A stretch of 64,000 nt of DNA from Puia sp. (GCA_035555335.1 DATMGS010000019.1:77500-141499), one strand, 5' to 3'. Positions 8,386 to 19,800 are shown, numbered from the stretch's first letter. Notes: generated by a model not told the origin, from the letters alone. Program-made: numbers and translations.

Positions 8386-11300
8386 TTATTTTTTTATCAG
8401 GATCTTTCGGACATACACACTGCCGCCATGCACGATCTTAAGCACATACATCCCCGATGCCAGGTTCCCCGCGGCTATCTGCCGGGAGAACTGTCCGGCA
8501 AAACCCGGATAGGACGCTTCATAGACCTGCTGGCCCAGCGCATTGATCAGGCTGATACCGGTATTATCAGGCGTATCCACGAAAAACTCCAGTTGGAAGC
8601 TCCCATTGCTCGGACTGGGGTAGACTTTAAGCCCGATAGCATCAATGGATGTGCCCGCCCCCGTGTAATTGATGGAATTGGAGGGCAGGGAACAACCCGT
8701 TGCCGTATCGATTACAATAGATTGATAGACACCCGGCAAGCTGGCGGTATCCACCTGCTCCGCAGCGCCGCTGATCGCGGCCCCGTTACGATACCACTGG
8801 TTGCCGCTGAGGAAGCTGCTGGTAAGCACATTCCCGCTCAGGATGATCGTGGGCGCCACGGGAGTAGTCGCCACTACCGCCGTTCGCGGACCGGGGCAGC
8901 CGGCCAGCCGGACCCCTATATCGTAGAAGGGGAAATAGAATTTCTTAAAGTAGGTAAGACTGTCCGCCTTCGGATCATCGCGAAAATCATTGCCCGTAAC
9001 AGAAAATACGCCCGGCAAAGAGACCGGATAAGGAAGATCGGTAGAGCTGACATTCACAAAAGCTGACGAATAGTTCAGACAATCGATCAGAATGATATAA
9101 TCTCCCGGCGCCGGAACCGGAATATTCAGATAAAAGAAGGCTCCCGCATCCGTATTGTCTCCCGCAGCCACATTCACCTGCCTGGCGGTATCCGGGTGCG
9201 CCGTAGTGGCGTATACGTCGACGGTGGTATTATAGAGCGGAATATACGAATAGCCCAGAGAGGTATAGCTTACGAGCGTAGCCAGCGTGAGAGAGAGCTG
9301 CCCGGAATGACCAATATACATTTTGGCGCTCTCGATCGTCAGCGGCACGCTGGTAGTGAACTTAAAGAAGTTGCCGCCAAAGCGGAAATAAGCTCCGGCC
9401 CCGCTGGAATACGTCCCCTTGTCAGAAGGCCCCGCCTTAGCCTTTAAATCGTTGAGGCCCACATAATAAGTCTTATTGGACGTGACGACATTGGCAGACG
9501 TGCCGGCGCCGGCTGCGATAGGAGTGGACGCCGTCGGACTATCATACCAGAGAGGCAGGTCATTACCCGCTGTGGTAGCTTTCAGGAGTACCTGGGCACC
9601 CGTCGCGGTACAGAGCGTTGCCGTTCCGGAGACCGCGCCCGCTCCGGCATTCACTGTGATCACAGACTGATTCTGATCGTTACTGGTATTCAGGTCGGCG
9701 GCCAGCGCCGTACCGCTGCTAAAGGTATAGGTTACTCCGGCTACGGAAGGGAAAGTCTTGTTATACGTGAAGATCACTTCGCCCCTGGGGGCAATGCTAT
9801 CGGTACAGGTGGCAGTCAGCGTGGCGACCACCACAGCGCCATTCCTGATGACGGTAGTAACCGGCACGCTGGTCTGGGGTGTCGTGCCGAAATTCCGGAT
9901 ATGGACGGCAACCAGCTGTGAATCACTGGCGCAGGTAGTAAGGGTAGGGTATTCCAGCGCCGTCACCCCTACGTCATTGGCAGGAGTCGTAAAGAGTACC
10001 CGGTAGTCCTGCGTCTCGCCGGCTGCATAATTGCCGCAGGGTGTTACGGAAGACGGAGCTCCGGTCTCCTCTGCAATGACCCGCATGCGGGAATAGCTGC
10101 CGATCGTGGCGGTTGCAGGGATGGTAATATTGGTGTTATATACGCCGCCGGTGACCACGCCGCTCTGCGCTACCATTTCTCCGGGGTCGCTGAAACTTCC
10201 GTTATTGTTAAAGTCTATGTATACGGTAATGACCCGGCTGTTATTGGTGGAATTGCAGCTGCTATGCGTGATGCTGAGGGGCAGTGTCTGGCCCAGGGGC
10301 AGCTGGGCGGAAGGCAGGCCCGTCAGGTCCGAATAGGTCCTGCAAGCGGCCGCATTGGTGCGGGAGAGCGTGCCAAGGGTAATCTTATCGATGCTCGCAC
10401 CCGGGCCGGTAGCCGCCGAAGAGCAGTAAGCCGTCCCCCCCACACCACTGACCAGCAGGGTATAAGCCTGCGAACCTCTTGCCAGGATGCCCTTATGAGT
10501 AATGTTTATAGTATAGGCCCTGCCGGGAATAAGACTATCGACCTCTATCTTTTCCACGTTGTCCAGGGTATTGTCACCCGTAGCAGCCGCCGCAGGCCGA
10601 TTGCCCGGATCCAGGATCCAGGGCTTATAGACCGTGCCCGTGCTATTATCCGTGATCCGGATATCCAGGTCATTGACCAGTTTAGGGCTGACATCGGCAA
10701 AGTTCGCCCCGGTGACAGGGGCCGGAGTGCCGGGAGGATCGGTCCAGGAAATAGTAGCCGTAAGCACCGTCCTGCCGGAAGCAATGACGGGGATATTGTC
10801 GGCATCATGCGTCCCCTGGGTGAGCAAATTCTCCTGAAGCAGCTGATCGGTATTATTCGAGGTGATGACAGACACCGCCTTTTGCATATTGATCAATCCC
10901 CACCCATATTGGTAATCGGGACCGGGACTGGAGCCTGCTTCGTCGGCTGTATGGATGAGCAGCCCCTTCAGCGTGGCAGCCCGCATAAATGCGCCGCTAT
11001 GCAGTTTGGAATACTGCTCCTGTAATAAGAAAGAAGAGCCGGCAGAAGCGGGAGAGGCCATGGACGTCCCGCTGAGCAATTCATAGGCATTATCGGCCGA
11101 GCTGACAGAAGAGAGGACATTCAACCCATCAGCTACTACATCGGGCTTGATACGCCCGTCGCCGGTAGGCCCCCAGCTGCTAAAATCCGTCAGCACCACA
11201 TCCGAAGGCTGGGTATACCCTCCGGGAATAGGGCCGACCGCGCCTACCGTAAGGATGTTCTTGGCATTTCCGTAAGTGGCGATGATAGCATAGCCGGCAT

Positions 11301-12219
11301 TGCTGCTGATAGCGCCTGCACCGCCCGGCCGGGCCCCCGCATTGATAAAATTCCCACTGGCGTCCATCCGGTAGTACGTAGCCCCTGCAGCAGGACCCGT
11401 CTCGCCCCTGTTGTTACCCGCCGCTTTTACGATCAGATAACCAGGCGCATTATAGGCAATCGAATCCCATAGCTGCGTCTCGGCATCATATTGACCAAAC
11501 CGGATATCTACCGTATCCCCGGGATCTCCGAAGAACTCCCAGCGATTCTGACCGCCATCGAAGTACCAGCCCGCAATGGTGGCATAGGAGTGATTGGAGA
11601 CCAGGAGGTTGGGCGCAGCCCCCATCATTTCAGAAATATCGTTATTGAAATCGTAGGCCAATAGCTTTTGGGCGCCATAAGACATCCCCTTGGCGAGCGG
11701 ATTGACACCCGCCGCTATCATGGTGCCGGCTACATGGGTCGAATGATCGCTGAGCGTGGCGGCATTATCGACCTGGGTGACCCTCCCGGTCAGCTCCACA
11801 TGGGTTGGCCTCACCAGGCCCTCATCCCATACGGCTATTTTCCCGGTCATATTGGTGCCGCTGCCGCTGAGGTTCAGCCCGGTGCTACCCCCGGCCCACA
11901 GCTGGTTGGTGCGGATCGTGGCGGCGGAAATGATATTATCGGTCGTGGAAATATAAACCGGGAGCCCCCTGCTATTGACACCTCTCAGATAGGCCAGGTT
12001 CCCTTTTTTATTCCGCAGGGTAAGAGGCCACCCCTTTTGCCGGGCCAGCGAGAGGACCATCCGATGCATATCCGCCTCCTGGGAAGCCCTGGCCTGGCCC
12101 GACCTTTGCAGCGCCGACCGGTTGGTAAGCGTCTGCGCAAGGGAACCCAGGCTGCCGGAAAGCCCTGCCACCACCAGCAACAAAAACAAGGATAAGGGAC
12201 ATGGCCTGCATCGGGTCAT
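8386..12219 (-). CDS. S8 (subtilisin-like) serine peptidase with GEVED domain and T9SS type A sorting domain
   Basis: Signal peptide; catalytic triad WDEG / DHSTHVAGT / SGTSMASP; GETQDY; C-terminal VYPSPS...LASGMYVLKI. Confidence 0.93.
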   Translation of the reverse strand: MTRCRPCPLSLFLLLVVAGLSGSLGSLAQTLTNRSALQRSGQARASQEADMHRMVLSLARQKGWPLTLRNKKGNLAYLRGVNSRGLPVYISTTDNIISAATIRTNQLWAGGSTGLNLSGSGTNMTGKIAVWDEGLVRPTHVELTGRVTQVDNAATLSDHSTHVAGTMIAAGVNPLAKGMSYGAQKLLAYDFNNDISEMMGAAPNLLVSNHSYATIAGWYFDGGQNRWEFFGDPGDTVDIRFGQYDAETQLWDSIAYNAPGYLIVKAAGNNRGETGPAAGATYYRMDASGNFINAGARPGGAGAISSNAGYAIIATYGNAKNILTVGAVGPIPGGYTQPSDVVLTDFSSWGPTGDGRIKPDVVADGLNVLSSVSSADNAYELLSGTSMASPASAGSSFLLQEQYSKLHSGAFMRAATLKGLLIHTADEAGSSPGPDYQYGWGLINMQKAVSVITSNNTDQLLQENLLTQGTHDADNIPVIASGRTVLTATISWTDPPGTPAPVTGANFADVSPKLVNDLDIRITDNSTGTVYKPWILDPGNRPAAAATGDNTLDNVEKIEVDSLIPGRAYTINITHKGILARGSQAYTLLVSGVGGTAYCSSAATGPGASIDKITLGTLSRTNAAACRTYSDLTGLPSAQLPLGQTLPLSITHSSCNSTNNSRVITVYIDFNNNGSFSDPGEMVAQSGVVTGGVYNTNITIPATATIGSYSRMRVIAEETGAPSSVTPCGNYAAGETQDYRVLFTTPANDVGVTALEYPTLTTCASDSQLVAVHIRNFGTTPQTSVPVTTVIRNGAVVVATLTATCTDSIAPRGEVIFTYNKTFPSVAGVTYTFSSGTALAADLNTSNDQNQSVITVNAGAGAVSGTATLCTATGAQVLLKATTAGNDLPLWYDSPTASTPIAAGAGTSANVVTSNKTYYVGLNDLKAKAGPSDKGTYSSGAGAYFRFGGNFFKFTTSVPLTIESAKMYIGHSGQLSLTLATLVSYTSLGYSYIPLYNTTVDVYATTAHPDTARQVNVAAGDNTDAGAFFYLNIPVPAPGDYIILIDCLNYSSAFVNVSSTDLPYPVSLPGVFSVTGNDFRDDPKADSLTYFKKFYFPFYDIGVRLAGCPGPRTAVVATTPVAPTIILSGNVLTSSFLSGNQWYRNGAAISGAAEQVDTASLPGVYQSIVIDTATGCSLPSNSINYTGAGTSIDAIGLKVYPSPSNGSFQLEFFVDTPDNTGISLINALGQQVYEASYPGFAGQFSRQIAAGNLASGMYVLKIVHGGSVYVRKILIKK

Positions 12220-12311
12220 AAAGAATGTTTAAATCATTCTAAAATTACTGTTTTTATGGACTTTTAAGGCTTTATTATACTAACTTACCCAGTGGCCTCA
12301 ACCATCAAATT

Positions 12312-12752
12312 ATGGAAAAACTATTTTGGACCACACTGCTTCTTCTATCCGGCCGGTTACTCCCCGCCGACCAGGGTATCGAAGGGATCGTCTACCCCGT
12401 GAGCGGCAACCGGATGCCATCCCCCGATCACAAAACCAGCCCTCCCAGGGGAATAAAATCGACCGTTTATATTTTTGAGCTGACCAATATTACCCAGGTG
12501 ACCCGGCAGGGACAATCTTCCTATTACCCGGTCATCAATACCCGACTGGTGAAACAGGCCGATACGGACGATACAGGATATTTTAAGATCAAATTGCCGC
12601 CGGGATTTTATTCCATTTTTACCAGGAAAGGAGATCTGTTCTATGCCAGCCGCCGGGACGAGAAGAATAACATTGCTCCCGTAGAAGTGATGGCCGGAAA
12701 ATTTACCAGGATCGACTGTAAAATAGAAGGGGACCGAAAGGCCGTTTATTAA
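12312..12752 (+). CDS. Secreted hypothetical protein (carboxypeptidase-regulatory/transthyretin-like fold)
   Basis: Signal-like N-terminus; TDDTGYFKIKLPPGFYSIF motif. Confidence 0.65.
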   Translation: MEKLFWTTLLLLSGRLLPADQGIEGIVYPVSGNRMPSPDHKTSPPRGIKSTVYIFELTNITQVTRQGQSSYYPVINTRLVKQADTDDTGYFKIKLPPGFYSIFTRKGDLFYASRRDEKNNIAPVEVMAGKFTRIDCKIEGDRKAVY

Positions 12753-12819
12753 GCCCCGATCCCCTTAACCTTATTGATGGTTTACTTGTCTCTTATTCAT
12801 GTCTGTCAGAGCGGATTCA

Positions 12820-12906
12820 GTCGGCTCTTATTTCCGGAGACAGACTGAAGTCTGTCTCCGGTCGGCTCTCATGATGGGCCTTCGGCCAACGGACCTGTGG
12901 TCCGTT
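12820..12906. repeat. Cluster of palindromic REP-like hairpins between convergent genes
   Basis: Perfect 12-bp inverted repeat CCGGAGACAGAC-TGAA-GTCTGTCTCCGG (12834-12861) flanked by direct repeats GTCGGCTCT (12820, 12861); GGCCTTCGGCC (12877-12887); AACGGACC-TGT-GGTCCGTT (12888-12906). Confidence 0.7.
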
Positions 12907-15900
12907 AGCGTATAATCAATACTTTCTGACTATAGGTCTTTTTCCCTACCAGCACTTTAAGGGCATATACCCCGGAAGCCAGATTCCCCGCACTGATCTC
13001 ATTGTTGAAGAATCCGCTGAAGCTGCCATAGTTCTGCACATAGACTTCCTGTCCCAGGTAGTTATACAGCGAGACCGACACATTGTCCGCCGTATTGATG
13101 ACGAAATTCACCTTGAAGACACCGCTGCTGGGATTCGGATAGACGGCCAGGGAGATGGCCCCGCCACTGCCCGAAGCATATTTGATGACATTGCTGGCCT
13201 GGCTGCAGCCAAACGTATCCGTGGCGACAACCGTATAGGAACCGGTGACGATGGCCGTGTCCGTCTCCCCGGTGGCGCCCGGAATAAGGGTTCCGTTTAC
13301 ATACCATTGATAGCTGGCAGCCGCCGTGCTGGTCAGTACCTTCCCGCTCAGGGTGATCACCGGGGCCGTACCCGTAGTGGCTACCACCGGCACCCGCGTA
13401 CTGGGGCAATTGGCCATCTTGATACGCACGTCATACAGGAAATAATAATACTGTTGATACAAGGTCGGACTGGCTTTGGAGACGGCGCTGTTACTGGTGA
13501 TAGAGAATACCCCCGGTATCGTGAACGGATAGGGACTGCTGGTGATGCCATTGTTACGGAAAATCGTAGCCGTATCGCTGACGATATAGATGATATGGCT
13601 GCCCGTAGTGGGAACATTAAGCCCCAGCCAGAATATAGCCCCGGTATCCGATGCGTTATTCCCCGTGACCGCCCCGGATTGGGGATTCGGTGTCGTAGGA
13701 TAGGCATTGATGGTGGTAGAAGAGATTTCCGAAATATTATAGCTGCCGGTGGCCGTATCGAAATTGCTGATATCCGCCACATGGAAACTGATCGTCCCCG
13801 GATAACCGATGTATAGCCGGGCGCTCTCTATCGTCACCGGCACGGCATTGGTGAAGTTGATAAAGTTATAGCTGTAGGAATTGTACCCTCCGCTGGAAAA
13901 GACCAGTTTATTGGCAGGCCCCACTTTTGTGATGGCGTCATTCAGGCTCAGGTAATACGTATGATCGGACGTAATGGTACTGCTGGATGTATCGAGGCCC
14001 GAAGCGATCGGCGTAGTGGCCGTGGCGCTGGCATACCAGAAGGCGGCGTCACTGCTGCTGGCATTCGCCTTGAAATAGACCTTATCCGTGCCGCAAAGCT
14101 CAGCCGTTCCACTGGGAGTGCCGGCGTTGGTATTGACGACCAGGGTCGTAGTAGTCGTATCGTCGGAGGGTAGCTGATCACCGCTCAGACTGGTATAGCT
14201 GCTAAAGGTATAGGTGGTGCCGGACAAAGCATTAAAGCCGGTCTGATAAGTGAATACCGCATCGCTGTACGCAGGGATCGTACCCGGATAGACGCCGGTC
14301 AGCGTGGCCACCGTCGTGCTGCCGTTCAGGATGATCGTCGTAATGGGAACATTCTTCAACGCGGCCGATCCGAAGTTTTTTACCCGGATCGTAACCAGCT
14401 GCGAATCCGTGGCGCAGATCGTTCCCGCCGGAGCGACGATTTGCGTAATCCCGGCATCCGTGGCCGGAGCCACGATCTTGATCGTATAGTCCTGTGTCTC
14501 ACCATTGCCATACGTGCCACAGGCAGTCACGGCGGAAGGAACGGTGGTCTCTTCGGCTACGATGCGCATCAGCCCGAAGTTACCGGTGGTGAGGGAGGAC
14601 GGAGTGGTAATAGTACCGCTATAGGTAGTCGTTCCTCCGGTGAGAACGCCGCTGACGGCTGCCAGCTCACTGGTTTCGAAAACACCGTCATTGTTATAAT
14701 CGATAAAGACTTTCACTATTCGGCTGGCTGAGGTGGCGTCGCAGCTGCTCAGCGCAACCGTAATAGGCAGCGTCTGGTTGGGCTGGATCTGGCCTGTAAC
14801 GCTTGTATAGTCGGTATAGGACCTGCAGGTAGGAGTGGTGGTAGCCTGGCTGATATTGCTGAAGCTGACATTGTCGATCCGGGTGCCGGCCGTACTGGTG
14901 GCGGCTGAAGTGCAATACGCTGTTCCGCCCACGCCGCTGATCAATAAGGAATAAGCTTGCGTGGTATTGGTCAGCGTCCCTTTATGCGTGACCTTGATGA
15001 TATAGGCCTGCCCCGGCACCGGGTTGCTCACCACAATCTTTTCGACATTGTTGAGCGCATCATCACCGGTAGTAGCCGCATTGCCGGGATTCTTGGCATC
15101 CAGCACATAAGGCAGCCACTTTGAGGATCCGCTGGTGATCCGCACATCCAGGTCATTGACCAGCATCCTGGTCGTATTGTTCAATACGTTGCTGGCCGTT
15201 TCAGATATGGGCGTCCCGGCCGGGTCCGTCCAGCTGATGGTAGCCACCAGCGGCCCTTTACCGGAAGCCACTACGCTGAGGGTGAAGACACTGTCACTGG
15301 CGGTATTGCCCAGGGAGCTTTCATAGATCCGCTGGTCCCGGATGACCGATGTGTCGGAAGTGATGAGCGCTGCCGCTTTTTTGATATTGAGCAATCCCCA
15401 TCCGAAAGTAAAATCCGGACCATCTGCCGGGCCCGCCTCATCGGCTGTATGAATGGCGATACCCTTCAAAGTGGCCGAACGCATAAAGGCTCCGCTATGT
15501 AATTTGGCATAATACTCCTGCAGCAGAAGCAGAGAGCCCGTACTGGCCGGGGTTGCCATAGAAGTACCGCTATAGGTATCGTATGCATTATCAGCGGTGC
15601 CGATACAGGAAAAGACATTCACCCCATCCGCAACGACATCAGGCTTGATACGGCCATCATCGGTAGGACCCCAACTGCTGAAATCAGACATCACCACGTC
15701 ACTGACGCTGGAATAACCCCCGGGAATAGGGTTCACCGCCCCTACGACCAGGACATTCTTGGCGCATCCTGATGTCGGGATACAATCATACCCGTCATTG
15801 CTGCTGATCCCCGACGGCCGGTTACCCGCACTGGCCATGATCCCCGCCTTGTTATACCTCCAATAGGGCTGGCCAACGGCCGGCCCGGTCTCCCCCCGGT

Positions 15901-16723
15901 TGTTGCTGGCCGCTTTGACGATCAGGTATTGAGGGGCATTATAAGCTATCTGGTCCCAGGCCTGGGCGTCAGAACTATAATAGCCGAATTTATAATCGGC
16001 CGTGTCTCCATAATTTCCCCAGAACTCCCAGCGGCTGGCGTCGGAGTTATAATACCATCCGGCAATGCTGCCATAGGAATGGTTGGATACCAGGAGACTG
16101 GATGCGGCGCCCGCCATTTCCGAATTGTCATTATTATAATCATAAGCCAGCAATTGCTGCTCCCCAAAGGCCATCCCCTTTGCCAGGGGATTGACGCCGG
16201 TAGCGATCATCGTGCCGGATACATGGGTAGAGTGATCACTGATAGAAGTAGCATTGTCTTTCTGGGTAACCCTGCCGGTCAACTCCACATGCGTAGGCCG
16301 GGGCTTGGCTTCATCCCAGATAGCTATCTTCCCCTTCACCGAAGCAGAAGACCCATTCAGGTTCAGTCCGGTACTTCCTCCGGGCTGGATCTGGTTGGTT
16401 CCGATCGTAGCGGCCGAAATGATATTGTCATTGGTGGAAATATAAAGGGGATTGCCCTTGCCATCCACTCCACGCAGAACGGCAATACGCCCGCGCCGGC
16501 CCATTATTTTCAACGGCCATCCTTTTTGTTTGGCGAGAAACGAAAGCTGTTGGGCCATCGCCGCATCTTTTTGAGCGGCCTGCAGGCTGACCTGCTGAAG
16601 GGCTGCCTTGTTGGTGACAACCTGGGCCCGGGTAACTGAACAAATGAGCAGAACGAATAATAAAGTCGAAAGCAAATGGCTGACCGGAAGCGGGCACCTG
16701 AGCGAGCGTCTGTTTTTTCCCAT
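12905..16723 (-). CDS. S8 serine peptidase paralogue with GEVED domain and T9SS type A sorting domain
   Basis: Triad WDEA / DHSTHVSGT / SGTSMATP; GETQDY; C-terminal VYPNPSSG...LASGVYALKV; likely start at ATG 16723 (MGKNRR) rather than 16816. Confidence 0.93.
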   Translation of the reverse strand: MGKNRRSLRCPLPVSHLLSTLLFVLLICSVTRAQVVTNKAALQQVSLQAAQKDAAMAQQLSFLAKQKGWPLKIMGRRGRIAVLRGVDGKGNPLYISTNDNIISAATIGTNQIQPGGSTGLNLNGSSASVKGKIAIWDEAKPRPTHVELTGRVTQKDNATSISDHSTHVSGTMIATGVNPLAKGMAFGEQQLLAYDYNNDNSEMAGAASSLLVSNHSYGSIAGWYYNSDASRWEFWGNYGDTADYKFGYYSSDAQAWDQIAYNAPQYLIVKAASNNRGETGPAVGQPYWRYNKAGIMASAGNRPSGISSNDGYDCIPTSGCAKNVLVVGAVNPIPGGYSSVSDVVMSDFSSWGPTDDGRIKPDVVADGVNVFSCIGTADNAYDTYSGTSMATPASTGSLLLLQEYYAKLHSGAFMRSATLKGIAIHTADEAGPADGPDFTFGWGLLNIKKAAALITSDTSVIRDQRIYESSLGNTASDSVFTLSVVASGKGPLVATISWTDPAGTPISETASNVLNNTTRMLVNDLDVRITSGSSKWLPYVLDAKNPGNAATTGDDALNNVEKIVVSNPVPGQAYIIKVTHKGTLTNTTQAYSLLISGVGGTAYCTSAATSTAGTRIDNVSFSNISQATTTPTCRSYTDYTSVTGQIQPNQTLPITVALSSCDATSASRIVKVFIDYNNDGVFETSELAAVSGVLTGGTTTYSGTITTPSSLTTGNFGLMRIVAEETTVPSAVTACGTYGNGETQDYTIKIVAPATDAGITQIVAPAGTICATDSQLVTIRVKNFGSAALKNVPITTIILNGSTTVATLTGVYPGTIPAYSDAVFTYQTGFNALSGTTYTFSSYTSLSGDQLPSDDTTTTTLVVNTNAGTPSGTAELCGTDKVYFKANASSSDAAFWYASATATTPIASGLDTSSSTITSDHTYYLSLNDAITKVGPANKLVFSSGGYNSYSYNFINFTNAVPVTIESARLYIGYPGTISFHVADISNFDTATGSYNISEISSTTINAYPTTPNPQSGAVTGNNASDTGAIFWLGLNVPTTGSHIIYIVSDTATIFRNNGITSSPYPFTIPGVFSITSNSAVSKASPTLYQQYYYFLYDVRIKMANCPSTRVPVVATTGTAPVITLSGKVLTSTAAASYQWYVNGTLIPGATGETDTAIVTGSYTVVATDTFGCSQASNVIKYASGSGGAISLAVYPNPSSGVFKVNFVINTADNVSVSLYNYLGQEVYVQNYGSFSGFFNNEISAGNLASGVYALKVLVGKKTYSQKVLIIR

Positions 16724-16832
16724 AAATAGATTATTGTGCAAATATTTTAATACACCGGGCGGATTGATTAATAAAGATACGTTTTCCGGGAATCGCCGGT
16801 TGCCTGAAAGAGGCAAAACAATAAAATCGTCG

Positions 16833-16840
16833 TATCTTTG
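16833..16840 (+). promoter_or_regulatory. -7 promoter element of mfd
   Basis: TATCTTTG, 8 nt before the ATG. Confidence 0.6.
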
Positions 16841-16848
16841 CGCCCTGA

Positions 16849-19800
16849 ATGAATAGTGAGGTTTTATCAGGGGCTTTTTTACATTCTCCCCGCCTTTTTC
16901 AATTGGCGGAGAAACTCCTGTTGTCCCATCCCCAGCGTATCTGGTGCAAAAACCTGCAGGGTAGCTCGCCCGCCTTTCTCATCAGCGCTGTATTTCAGCA
17001 TACTATGACCAGCCAGCTGAATCACCTGGTGGTCTGCGAAGATGCCGAGTCCGCCGCTTATCTGCACAATACCCTCGAAAACCTGACGGGCGCCCTGGAT
17101 CTCTTTTATTTCCCTTCGTCTTTTAAAAATAAAAAAAATTACCGGCTGCTGAACAGCAGCCATGTCATGCTGCGCACGGAAGCGCTCACCAGGCTATCCG
17201 CCGCCATGGGCAGCCTGACCAAAGGAAATTTGCCCACCGCCGGCAATTCCGTCACCGGCAGCAATAAGAAGCTGATTATCACCTACCCGGAAGCCTTATT
17301 CGAAAAAGTCGTCTTACCCCAGGCCCTGTCGGGAAATATTATTTCCATCAAAGCCGGCGATACCCTGGACCTGAACGGAATGATGGAGAAATTCGTGGGG
17401 AAAGGATTCGACCGGACGGATTTTGTGTACGAGCCGGGGCAGTTTGCCCTCCGGGGCGGTATCCTGGATATCTATTCCTTTGGCAACGAAAAACCCTACC
17501 GGGTAGAGCTTTTCGGTAATGATGTGGACTCAATCCGCATTTTCGACCCGGAAACACAGTTGAGTGAACGTAAGTTATTGCAAGTCAATATTATCCCGAA
17601 TATGGAGACCCGCGTAGACAGCGGGGAGAAAATATCGCTGCTGGATTTTATCCCGGGAAACACCGTGATCTGGATGCAGGACTGGGCGTTTACCCGGGAT
17701 CGGCTGGAGATCCAGGAAGAAGATCTGAGCCTGTTCCTGGACCTCGCGAATACAGAACGGGAAATAGCAGCCGGTCAGCGGCTGGCGGCTGAACCGGGCG
17801 CCGGAGGAGGCAGGAACGTATTTGGAAACCGCAACCGGACTACACCATCCGTCCGCGAAGCCTCCGGATCGGGCGAAGACGAAGACCGGTTGGAAAAAAA
17901 GGAAGTGAGCGCAGCGGAATTCGTAACGGCGGCAGAAGTGGAGGGGCAATTGTCCAGATTCCACTTCGTGGAATTCGGACCCTCGGCCCAGGGCAGCAAC
18001 CTGCCGGCAGAAGCATCCGGGACCGCCCCCCATGTGATTGAATTTCATATCAAGGCGCAGCCGGCCTTTAACCGGCAGTTCGATCTGCTGATCCGCGACC
18101 TGAAATCCTGGGAGACCAAACAATATAGCATCTACCTGTTCGCCGAGAACCCCCGGCAGCTGGAAAGACTGCATACCATCTTCGAAGACCTGCATGCCGA
18201 GATCCGGTTTACGCCCGTGCCGGTCTCCATCCATGGAGGGTTCATCGATGAAGACCTGAAAATCGTATGCTACACCGATCATCAGCTATTCCAGCGTTAC
18301 CACAAATACAAGGTCAAACAGGCCTATAATAAGAATAAGGCGATCACCCTGCGGACGCTCCGGGAATTGCAGCCCGGCGACTATGTGACCCATATCGACC
18401 ATGGCGTAGGCGTCTACAGCGGGCTGCAGAAGATCGAAGCCAACGGCCGGCTGCAGGAAGCCGTCCGTATCATTTACAGGGACAGCGATATCCTCTATGT
18501 CAATATCAACTCCCTGCACAAGATCTCGAAGTATACGGGAAAAGAAGGCACCGTCCCGAAAGTGAACAAGCTGGGAAGCGATGTCTGGCAGAAACTGAAG
18601 GAAAAGACGAAGACCAAGGTGAAGGAGATCGCCTTCGACCTGATCAAACTATACGCCCAACGCAAGGCTCAGCAAGGATTTGCACATTCCGCGGACAACT
18701 ATATGCAGACGGAGCTCGAAGCCTCCTTTATCTACGAAGACACGCCCGATCAGAGCAAGGCAACGGCAGATGTGAAAAAGGATATGCAGTCCCCTTCGCC
18801 GATGGACCGCCTGGTATGCGGGGACGTAGGATTCGGGAAAACGGAAGTAGCTATCCGGGCCGCTTTCAAAACCTGTTGCGACAGCAAGCAGGCCGCCATC
18901 CTGGTACCCACTACCATCCTGGCTTTCCAGCATTACAAGACCTTTAGCGAACGACTGAAGGATTTCCCGGTAAAAGTGGATTACATTAACCGGTTCAAGT
19001 CCGCAAAAGAAAAGAAAGAGACCCTGAAAAGAGTGGAAGAAGGCAAGGTCGACATCCTGATCGGAACCCACGCGATCCTGAGCAAGGACGTAAAATTCCA
19101 GAACCTGGGCCTGCTGGTCATCGATGAGGAACAGAAGTTCGGCGTGGCGCATAAGGAAAAGATAAAGACCCTGCGCACCCATGTGGACTGCCTGACCCTC
19201 ACCGCTACGCCTATCCCCCGGACCCTGCAGTTCAGCCTGATGGGCGCCAGGGACCTCAGCATCATGAATACACCCCCTCCCAACCGCCAGCCGATACAAA
19301 CGGAGCTGCATGGCTATAACGAGGACTTTATCCGCGATGCCATCTATTATGAGACCGAGCGGGCAGGACAGATATTCTTTATTTACAACCGGGTGCAGGG
19401 ACTGGCGGAAATGTCAGCCATCATCCAGGGCCTTTGTCCCGACCTGAGCATCGGGTATGCGCATGGACAGATGGAAGGCAATGAGCTGGAAGAGCGGATC
19501 CTGGACTTTATCGACAAGAAATATGACGTGCTGGTCTGTACGAATATCGTAGAGAGCGGCGTGGATATCCCCAACGTAAATACGATCATCGTCAATAATG
19601 CCCATCATTTCGGGCTCAGCGACCTGCACCAGCTAAGAGGCCGGGTGGGACGCAGCAATAAAAAAGCCTTCTGCTACCTGCTGGCGCCTTCCCTGGCCAC
19701 CCTGCCAACGGATTCCCGGAAACGGTTGCAGACCCTGGAGCAACACAGCGACCTCGGCAGCGGCTTCCAGATCGCCATGCGGGACCTGGATATACGGGGA

